In this document: positions 37,945 through 48,003 of the stretch, one piece after another
How the letters are laid out: every line of letters starts with the position of its first letter
How positions within the stretch are numbered: position 1 is the first letter of the stretch
DNA from: Nemertoderma westbladi
Lineage: Eukaryota; Animalia; Xenacoelomorpha
DNA: 64,000 bases
Assembly: GCA_032718475.1 (NCBI GenBank)
Contig: JAUCBJ010002580.1
Location: 19,101 to 83,100, forward strand
Direction of reading: 5' to 3'
Notes under the pieces: model-generated
Told to the model about the DNA's origin: nothing
Seen by the model: only the letters and a program-made list of their open reading frames with translations
The model's database searches: none
Program-made: the position numbers and the translations under genes

Positions 37945-38780
37945 CTATTAATGTTTGTGCCCCGGATTAATGTGTGTCCCTCATTAATATTTGTGCCCCT
38001 CATTAATGATTGTATCCCTCATTAATGTTTGTGTCCCTCATTAATTCATTGTGTCCCTCATTAATGTTTGTGTCCCTCATTAATGTTTGTCTCCCTGATT
38101 ACTGTGTGTCCCTCATTAATGTTTGTGCCCCTCATTAATGTTTGGGTCCCTCATTAATGTTTGTGTACCTCATTAATGTTTGTGTCCCTCATTAATGTTT
38201 GTGTCCCTCATTAATGTTTGTGTCCCTCATTAATATTTGTGTCCCTCATTAATGTTTGTGTCCCTCATTAATGTTTGTCTCCCTGATTACTGTGTGTCCC
38301 TCATTAATGCTTGTGTCCCTCGTTAATGTTTGTGTCCCTCATTAATTCATTGTGTCCCTCATTAATGTTTGTGTCCCTCATTAATGTTTGTCTCCCTGAT
38401 TACTGTGTGTCCCTCATTAATGCTTGTGTCCCTCGTTAATGTTTGTGTCCCTCATTAATTCATTGTGTCCCTCATTAATGTTTGTGTCCCTCATTAATGT
38501 TTGTCTCCCTGATTACTGTGTGTCCCTCATTAATTCATTGTGTCCCTCATAATGTTTGTGTCCCTCATTAATGTTTGTCTCCCTGATTACTGTGTGTCCC
38601 TCATTAATGCTTGTGTCCCTGATTAATGTTTGTACCACTTAATGTGTGCCCCTGATTACTGTTTGTGTCCCTGATTAATGTTTGTACTACTTAATGTGTG
38701 TCCCTGATTAATGTTTGTGTCCCTGATAAATGTTTGTATCCCAGATTAATGTTTGTGTTCCCTCAATAATGTTTGTGTCA
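37945..38780 (-). repeat. Same 19-bp minisatellite in inverted orientation, right arm
   Basis: (TCATTAATGTTTGTGTCCC)n, the reverse complement of the left-arm unit. Confidence 0.93.
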
Positions 38781-39868
38781 TGGCCGCAATACAAACCCGT
38801 ATATAAATGAGAAATTACGGGGTTTTGCCAGGTTATTGTTTATGATTTAAGGGGTTTTACAGGTTGTTATTTCTGATTTAAGGGGTTTTGCCAGGTGGAC
38901 TGAATTTCGTATACTTGAATTTACGGTGTTTTGCAAGCCAATTATTGACTTGTGGGGTTCTGCCTCAAAGTGGACATAAGTTACGCTGAACTGTCTTTGG
39001 CTTATAACTCAAAAATGGCTGGTAGAAAAGCTTCGGGGTTCTGCCAGACGAAAAAGCCGATATCGATTTACCCAAAAAGTCAAAAACATGAAAATCGAAA
39101 AAAATCGACTTAGGGGGTTCTGCCTTGAAGGTGACGTCATGCTCCTTGAGGAGACTAGAAACGAGACAGGAGACTACAAATCTCCACCCAATCTTAGTAA
39201 ATAGAGATGTGGGACCCTTGATGGCCGCCACATAGACTTACCGTATTTTAGTAATTTAGTATTTTGTATTACTGTATGTGCATTTATATTTCTCTTCACT
39301 GTAGATAGAGACAGCGGTGGAATTCCATTGTCTTTATATGTGACCCTTATGTATCACATAGGAGCGGGATTGTGTGTACAGTAGGAATGGAATTCCACTT
39401 GGAACCCACAAGTGAGACAATTTTTCAAAAATTATTAGACAAATCCATTTAGTTGGATTTAAATTTAAGAAAAATGATTCTCCAGTGAATGCGAATTCTA
39501 GAATACAGCTAGATAAAAATTAAAATTGGGGAGGACAAGAGCGGACGGAAGGCTTGCTAGCCTACCGATAAATTATTTTTGGAAAAGAAAATCGGCCTTG
39601 TTCTACGTAGTCGTGTCTACTATTATTTAGACCAAATTAATTCTCGACTGCACTATTTTCTTTGGGATAGTAGTTTGGGAAATTAAAGGTGAGTATTTTA
39701 GACTCGCGGCTAGTTTACCCAGAATTCGTTTTTTATCGGCACATATTTTGGATTAGGAGCCAGTGCGAAATCACGCGAAACCCGAAGTCATTAGGCAAAT
39801 GGGTAGGGGTTTTAGAGCAAAGTTGAGCCAAAAGCCGACAAAACTCTAAGTCTCCTCACATCTAACCT

Positions 39869-40741
39869 ATGTTTGAGCTTCCTCTAGTAGAAACACTATA
39901 TACAGGGATTCATGCAGGAATAGGAGCACCAGGCGCCGTTCAACCGATATGGGGCCAAAACTTTAACATGTTTGGAGTGGAGAGTATGGCTAGGAGTACA
40001 GCCAAGCTCGCTAAGTCCAAGACGGATCCAAACGTTATGCGACAGCGATTGGACGCTTATAACAAAAAAGCGGAGGAGTTACGCACGGAGTTCAAAGCGT
40101 TGTACCCCTACGATGCGTTATGCGACGCCAGCGACGTTTGCGAGGACCCGAGACACAGAGATACGATCTTTATAGACACGCTCGAGGAGCGGATCCGGAA
40201 ACTAAGGAAGCGTTCTCCATTTATAAACCGTTCTATAAATGTGGAGGATGTATGCGTGCGCAAGACAACGCAATTCCTATGCGCTTGAACTCAGAGAACC
40301 CCAAGATGATATTAGTGCAATGTTCATACCACCAAAGTCTGCATTACCAAGAAGGCGGATACCCTTTGACGAATCTGTACCATTCGTTTAAGATGAGTGG
40401 ACCGAACGCGGGCGAGATTGTCATTTATGAACCAAAATTAGTCGAACCAGACGTCTATAGTATGAAAGCGGGACGAGTCTAATAAGTCGACACAAGAGAA
40501 ACGGGAAGCTTTGAGCCTCTATAGGGCATACAAGGCGTACGAGAAAGGCGAGATCGTGGAGTTTGGCGGAAGGCTCGCGAGCCTACCATTTTATTGGATA
40601 TCCTACGATCAAACCGAACCCAAGGAGACGGCGGTCGTATCATTTCCTGGTATTCTAGAACAGCATGCAACTCGACGTAGGAGCCCAAGCCCAGCTAGAT
40701 CAAAGTCACCGATTAATCGTATAAAAGGGCGAAGGCGTTGA
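39869..40741 (+). pseudogene. Frameshifted accessory ORF of unknown function in the 3' region of BEL 2
   Basis: Consecutive ORFs 39869-40288, 40120-40482 and 40511-40741 in a GC-richer island between integrase and the 3' LTR. No recognised domain. Confidence 0.5.
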
Positions 40742-41387
40742 GGATGAAAGCGTAGAGAGCGAGATGAGGGAGAAAGGAAGGCTTGCGAGCCTACAGTTAG
40801 CAATCAGTGCTCAGGAGAAGATACCCAGACCAGTAGGACAAACTATTGAGCTCGTCAGGAGGACACTTTAAGACTTGTTTGGAAATTATTAGCGCATTAT
40901 GTTGTTTATATTTAGATTGATTTAATTTGGAGAATTTATTATGTATATTCGTAATATATGAAAGATTATTGAAAGTTTGAAATTATTTGTTTTGATTTGT
41001 TCTAATTTGTTTAATTTGCTTATCTTGATAACCGAAAGCTCTTTTTTGTATTTTATGCACGAGAGTTAATTTGTACAAAATTTGTATTTTGTATGTATGA
41101 TAGATTGTATTTACGCCGTACCTGCAATATTAAGTATGCAATAATTAAGTATTGATTATTTTATATTTTAGACCCCACCATTAGACTTAAGAAATATTTT
41201 GTAAATAGTTTATATTTTGATTGGTGAAAACAGTCTTACTTACTGTTTTCATGGAGCGGTGATGAATTATTTCACTATAAAGTAGCATTTGTAGTTTAAC
41301 GTTAAAACTTTCTAAAATCCGACGCATTTTGATTAAATTACAGTAATGTAATATGCCTATTCATATTGGTACACATAAATCTGTAGG

Positions 41388-41481
41388 TAGCTCTATTGGC
41401 GCAGTGGTCAGATGGTGAAGGCGTTGGTTACATTACAGATAGGTTACGAGTTCGAATCCCAGTCTGGAAATTTGCATTTTT
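41388..41481 (+). ncRNA. tRNA-derived Pol III-like cassette in the 3' LTR of BEL 2
   Basis: A box TGGCGCAGTGG, B box GAGTTCGAATCC (consensus-like) and T5 run. Confidence 0.6.
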
Positions 41482-41507
41482 GGGCAATTTATTTTCATTT
41501 GATCTAA

Positions 41508-42150
41508 GGCACACAGAGAGCAGACGCTATCGGGTGTAGGACGCCAACACTTGCTCGTGCAGAATTTGTGATGGAAACCATTAGATAGAAAGAGTGCAGC
41601 GGCGCGACGGTGGTGACCTGTTAGGTTGATAATGTTGATCTCATTACAACCAGAGGTCTTTGTGCGGTCAACTGCGCTTAGAATGGCTGTAGAGGAGGGA
41701 AATTTCGACACCCCACACTACAGTTTCCAGTAGAACAGCCTTACTTTAGCGACGCGGTCGAGTTCTTCCAAGTGGTCTGATGTAAACACGCTGCACCCAT
41801 AGGTAATATCAGGGAGAATTATAGCAGCCCAGAGCTTCCTAGCAGTGGTGGTAGCGTGGGTGCAGGTTAGTTTCAATTTTGTCGATAGCATCATGCAGCA
41901 GGCTATACCTTTTTTGTATTTTTCTTTGAAATGGCCACTTGATACGTTTTTTGTAGTGAGTGTGACACCAAGGTAATTAAATGTGTTGACAAACTCTATT
42001 TTGGATACCTTATAATGCAACTGGTCAGATCTCGCCAGATGACCACCGCGTCGGAACTTCATCACCTTTGTTTTGGAAGTATTTCAATTTAGGTTATTGG
42101 AATCACAGTATACCGATAGAGCAGCGAGAGCAACCTGCATATCTTCGATT
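41508..42150 (-). mobile_element. LINE RT C-terminal fragment truncating the BEL 2 3' LTR
   Basis: KTKVMKFRRGG...VNTFNYLGVTL...IILPDITYGC. Confidence 0.75.
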
Positions 42151-42759
42151 GTGCAGTGTATATAATGTATGTATGATTGAATAATGTATATAAACAAGTA
42201 TACAAATAAGAGTATAATCAAAACAATAAACCTCATCCTATATCGTACCTATATCCAGCACTACAAAGTAAGATAATACTGTAATGAACCAAATAGCTGC
42301 CACAATAAACCCCTCACCGTGGCCATGTGTGTGTAATACTGTAATAGATAAATAAATAGGCCAAGAGTTAACACATATTAACACATATTGATACATTGAG
42401 TTTATAGCTGGAAATATCCGACATCAAACTGCAAAATAAATAATAAAAATGTTAAAGTAATATAAATGAAACTGTGAAAATGTTTACTTATTTATTAAAA
42501 ATGTAACTTTTCACCAAAAGTTATCATCATATCATAATTGTTATGAGAAGACCGTTAGGAATTCTTACTGTAAAAGTATTCAATATGTATGTACGTAAAT
42601 CCGGTGAACTCCTCAGAAGCTATCTCGTCCATCAATGAAAATTATATTAATCGACGCAGCTCAACCCCAGGATGTGGACAAAAAAGTTTTGAAAAAAATA
42701 ATATTTTCTTATCTAACTTTATCTATCTTTTCTTTAATTTAAAAAAAATAGCCTCATAA

Positions 42760-43730
42760 CATGAAAATTGCCATAGACTCAATGATAGAAACACCAACTG
42801 CTGGTGCTCATGAGAGCCTAGTAAGCTACTGCTATTGATTGAATGGATAGGCCCAAACTGCAAGTTTATTACTGCCTCACTCTATCCCAGACAGAAAGCA
42901 AACATAGTAATATATTAGCCCGCCAGCTGAATAGCTCTTCCCAGTGAATCGTATGGGAATATCTAAAGGGTTACTCACTATAGGTGGGACGTAAGCTGAT
43001 TGAATTATAATCACTGGGCCGTTCAAATGCTTTATAGGTTACTAATAATGACATTTAGGGGCTGGAATTTCTTTCTCTCAGACTGTAAGCCAAGCTCTTA
43101 AATGGGGAGGGACCCAACTACACTACTGGCTACACTACTGGCTTCTAGTTAGCAAGACTTGATTATTGTAAGAATTGTTGGCTGATTGATTGATTGACTG
43201 ACTGACTGATTGATTGACTGATGTGCAGCAAAATCTACTCTAACGATTTAGATGAAATTTTCACAGCAGCTTGATACCGCGATTCTAAGGTCCCTGACAT
43301 GATCGGCTACTTCTTCCATAACCTCTGGGCTCGAAAAATAGACATAAACAAAAAACGCCATAGACGCAATGGTAAAATAACACCAATAACAGCTGGTTTC
43401 GTGATGAAAAATGGCTCATGTAATGGATTTCTAGACAAGGCTTAGCAATAAATCGATGAGGTTGCCAAGATTATTATACTCAGTAAACCCATATTATTCG
43501 TTTAGGCCCTACCACTCTCTGTCAAAGCAAAGATTAACTGGTTGGTTTGCTATTCTATAGGAAAGGCCAACTTACAGGGAAGTACATACAGTGCCAACTT
43601 TATAATCATTCACTGGGTTAGCCGCCTATTACAGCCTCAGCTGAATAACTCTTCGCAATGCTTTCTATGGGGATCTACAAGGTTACTCTCTCTTCCATGT
43701 TAATTGAAGTGTAAGCTGAATAATTGTTAG
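42760..43730. repeat. Diverged ~600-700-bp direct repeat with (TGAY)n microsatellite; likely HINE-like remnant
   Basis: GCCATAGAC.CAATG...ACACCAA..GCTGG at ~42770 and ~43357; CAGCTGAATA.CTCTTC...TATGGG...AGGTTACTC at ~42924 and ~43638; (TGAT/TGAC)n at 43183-43222. Confidence 0.45.
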
Positions 43731-43794
43731 TTAAACAGTGTGTTGGGTACTATTGGATTGCACTGTATTTATAATAATAATTATTTTATGTTAA

Positions 43795-46749
43795 AAGGTG
43801 GCTCAACATGAAAAATAAATATAAAAATCAAATTTTTTTTATTATGGATTCTAAACCAAAATTTAATGGAGATTCCGAACGATGAATGTCACTCTGTCAG
43901 AAGTTATGACGTCTTTTGTGAAAGTTGTCCGAACACACCCGCCCCTAATAAAAGTCACCGCCAAGTCTATTTTTTGCTTCATAAGAATTTTGTTGCGAAA
44001 GAGACAAATCTATGTTATTTTCCACACTTTACAAAGTAGAGGGAAATTCAAAGTTGAATTTACAGTCTTTCTTATACATCTGGTAGGCCTATTGCAGCAC
44101 ACTGCGGATTTAGGTTGCTTGAGTTAGTTACTTTGAGCTCGACTGGTATGCTGCTGTAGGTGTATTAATTTATAATTGTATATGGTGCGCCTAATACTAA
44201 GAGAATGCCTCGCAGTACAAGCACATAGAAACATCATAAATTTCTCGGTAGTCAACATGTGAAGAAGCTGGATGACAAACACGTTGGTAAGTAAGTAAAA
44301 GTAGGTAGATATCCGGTTTTATAATCATTGAAGGTACAATATAGGGCTGCTCTTGATCAAGTTAGTTTGTGAATAACATTGTAATTTGTCTGTATTAGTG
44401 GATTTATGGCTTTTTTTACAGCCTTATTATTATTATTATTGTCATATCCACCAGTAGTTGGATATGACAATAATAATTTGTCCCAAAATACCACAAAAAC
44501 CCCAAAAACACCAAAAAAATAAATGGCTTCAACCTCAATATAAGCTATCATACGGGTTATGCTTAGGTAACAGTTTTAGCATATGTTATATAATTTACAT
44601 ATTTACAAGCAAGTACTACTTATTATAATGAGTATTGCCACTTTTTATAGATGTTCAAAGTGATGAAAGTGCACCCATCATAGCTGTACCAACAAGTAGT
44701 GCTAGCAGATCAAAACTGAGGTATGTGGATCCACCCAATCCCAAAGATAAGAATACTCCACCATCAACCTTCCATATCATTGATCTGTCCATAATCAATA
44801 AAGCACTAGGTAAATCTGCAATTTGCAAAACTTGCAAACGGAAGGATATTATTTCTGTCCACACTGTTCCTTCACCTACCAGTAGTGGATTCTGTGAGAC
44901 CTTTGAACTTAGATGTAGATATTGCTATCCTCATAGAATTGCCCCTGAGTCATTTAGTTCATCTAACTATAGCCATTCACATTAAAGGTTGTTTGAGCTT
45001 AACTTGCGTATGATATATGGATTTAGATGTGTTGGACTTGGGCTGGAGCCTGCCAAAATATTTGCAGCAGTTTCGGGCTTACCTCTTCCACCATCAAATA
45101 TAATATCGTATAATACGGCTATTGAAAGTGCAGTGAAGATTGAATCATTGAAGTCAATGAAAAGGGCTGCAGGTGAAGTAAAGGATGCTAATGATGTTAG
45201 TAGTGATACAGGTGCATCTTTTGACGGGTCGTGGCAAAGGCGAGGATACAGATCTCTCAATGGGTTTGTTTCTTGTATAAGTATGGACATAGAGAAGGTG
45301 TTTGATGTTGAAATATTGTCGAAGTTCTGTCGAACCTGTTCTAGGGAAGATAACCCTCTACCACACAAATGTACTAGCAATTACAGTGGGTCAAGTGGAG
45401 GAATGGAGGTTGTTGGGGCTCTCAATATCTATAATAGATCCATGAATGACAGAGGCCTTGCATATGTTGAGTACCTTGGGGATGGGGATACATCAACCTT
45501 TTCCAATGTAAAAGAGGCAAAACCTTATAAAGGAAAAGAGATAACCAAGTTAGAATGTGTAGGACACGTCCAAAAGAGACTCGGTTCACGGCTCCGTACC
45601 CTGAAGAAGGATATTGGAAGGAAGAAACTGGCTGACAAAAAACTGATAGGGGGAAGAGGTCGTCTGACGGATGACAAGATTGATAATCTCCAGCTCTATT
45701 ATGGTAGAGACATAAGGGAAAACAACTCCTCTGTTCGGGAAATGAAGAAGGCTATATGGGCATCTTTCTTTCATACGTGCTCTACTGACAAGAGTCCAAG
45801 CCATCAGTTATGTTCTGATCGATGGTGCAAGTATAAACAGGCACATGAAGAAGGTAAATGTTATGTACACAGAAACTCACAACCACGTGCTGTGACTGAT
45901 GCCATTAAACCTATCTACAAGGCATTGTCAGAACCGGAATTGTTATCTAAATGCCTTCATGGTCAGACACGAAATCGGAATGAAGGCCTCAATAATCTCG
46001 CTTGGAACCGATGCCTGAAGAGGGTCTTCATTAGTAAACAAGCTCTCTCTATTGGCATAAATGATGCAGTTATATGCTTCAATGACGGTTATCAAGGAAG
46101 AGTTGGTGTCCTAGACCAACTTGTCAGTAGTTCAAAGAAAACGGTTAAGGATTTTCAGACATTTGACTGAAAGCGAATCCTGCAGGCTGACCGGAAAATA
46201 TCCAAATTAGAGCGCCAGTTGAGAATTCAACGGCGACAAAGGCGGAAACGAAAACTTCCAACTGGGCCGAAAACATATGATAGTGGAATGTTCTAGACCA
46301 CTTTATGTATTTGATATACTCCATGCTCCTTGGTTATATAGTTGCTGTTTGCCATAAATATAATTGTGTTTGTACATTGTAAAATAATTGTATGATCGAA
46401 TGTATTAAAGTTTACATATTCACTGAACTTTAAACATGTTTTTTCTGCCGCTTGCATTTGTCGCGTGCAGTTTTCATTCATGTACCTCTTTCTCAAAAAC
46501 TACTGAAGGTATAGGTATGAAATTTTGGGACCTTGTACAGAATTTCCAGCTCTTTCTTAATGGCCTCATTGACATAGATTCATCAATGTGGTTGTGCTCG
46601 CCACGGTCTCAAAGTCAAAAAATCATTTTTTGAGTTTGAGACATTGATGCCACCAAAACTTGTCCAACACAAATATTCATCATTTGGAGTTAAAATCTAT
46701 AGGAATATTTTTTTTTTAGTTTTTTCCAATTTTTCATGTTGAACCACCT
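43795..46749 (+). mobile_element. Kolobok-like DDE DNA transposon with TTAA-like flanks
   Basis: Imperfect TIRs AGGTGG(C/T)TCAACATGAAAAAT at both ends, with TTAA at 43791 and 46749-46752, enclosing a transposase gene. Confidence 0.8.
44205..46296 (+). pseudogene. Two-exon transposase (Mutator-like Pfam family / Kolobok type) with three premature stops
   Basis: Exon 1 44205-44286 (MPR...FLGSQ, donor GTAAGT); phase-1 intron to TTTTATAG| at 44650. Motifs CxxC, FDGSWQRRG..SLNG, GSSGGME, GDGDTS, KLECVGHVQKRLG, TRNRNE and terminal YDSGMF*. Stops in exon 1 and at 44983 and 46168; no frameshift seen. Confidence 0.88.
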
Positions 46750-48003
46750 TAAAATCTTTCTGCCAACATTAATACTGTGGAGGCTGTATGCTATTAAGGC
46801 GGAATGTTTTCTCAGCCTCAAACTGATACTCTGTAAGGCTAACAACACTAACATTATAGTTTGAAATATATAAATCACTGCTTATTATCTGTATCAGGTT
46901 ACACACTGTGGCATTCAAAATGTTTTATAGGTGATTGACATTTAGTGCAAGCTGAATGACTGTTAGTTCTTTCAGACCATAGGCAAACATTGTTGAGTGA
47001 ATTTACTTTAGTTTAATCTACTGTGCCATTCAGCTGAATGGATTTGAGCAATTTTCAAATTACAGAGTGGGATCTCTCTTTGACCATAGTTAAATAACAC
47101 TTCCCTTCTGACCATAGATAAAAATCATAGAGAGAACTTACAATTGATTGATGACTTCCGACTTGCTTAACGACGTCTTGACGCCGTCTTTAAGTACATA
47201 TATTACAGCATACCCATACAAGTGCGTAAAAATTAAGCTCTCTGGCCTGTACATTGCCTTATAAAATTAGTCAACATATCAAATACAATAATATTTTTTG
47301 TATTATCCATAGTAAATTTACATTGTAAACTGCACAAGTTGTTTATTAAATAGCCTAAATAATTAATCTATATTATATTACCTATCTAAAGTCACAAACT
47401 AAGTAAATACGAGATCGGTTAATACCGATCGGGTAGATCGGAGCCCCGCAACCCCGCACCGTCCCCAAAGCCCAGTGCCCGCCATGGGCGCCGCCCATGC
47501 AAAATCCAAATAGAATAATTGTTTGTTTAATTTATTATAATTAGATTCCGTTAGGGCTTCTTGCTGTCAAAAAATATATGTTTGTTTGTTTGTCTGTGTG
47601 TGTGCATACACATTAATATTGGCTTGGTAGAAGAATGTGTTATACAATTATATATGTTGGGGAATCAAGTATATGTGAAGCTTTAACTCTTGTCTTCGTT
47701 CTATCCAATATTCCACTAAACAATCAGTCAGCTATAATCACAACAGCTGTCTGGCAGACTTAATTGTTACTGGACGATTATATTAATATGACACCCCCAC
47801 TCTCAACCTCCATTATATTAAAAAAATATATAAAATATATAAAATATTATATCTGTCTGATTGTCTGCCTGTAGTAGGCATACCGGACCGTGTGCATGAT
47901 TGGCCTATCTGCATGCCTAATTGATACTGTAACAGCCTACTTTTATATATCTGTATATATTGCGTTCTGCATGTGCTGAAGAATATATGCTTAACTGATT
48001 ACG

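Larger units (their letters stand above)
33564..39135. mobile_element. Non-autonomous DNA transposon with perfect 36-bp TIRs, inserted in the BEL 2 integrase tail
   Basis: GTCACCTTCAAGGCAGAACCCCCTAAGTCGATTTTT at 33564 and its reverse complement ending at 39135. Subterminal GGKGTTYTGCC repeats. Removing the insert restores RPVQHLVMLLEE. Confidence 0.88.
21021..41507 (+). mobile_element. BEL/Pao LTR retrotransposon 2 with nested insertions; 5' LTR 21021-21591, truncated 3' LTR 41260-41507
   Basis: The first 248 bp of the 5' LTR recur at 41260 (about 10 mismatches by eye), directly after a hairpin and purine tract. gag-PR-RT-RH-IN order between them. Interrupted by a HINE (22358-23205) and a TIR element (33564-39135). 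Confidence 0.85.
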
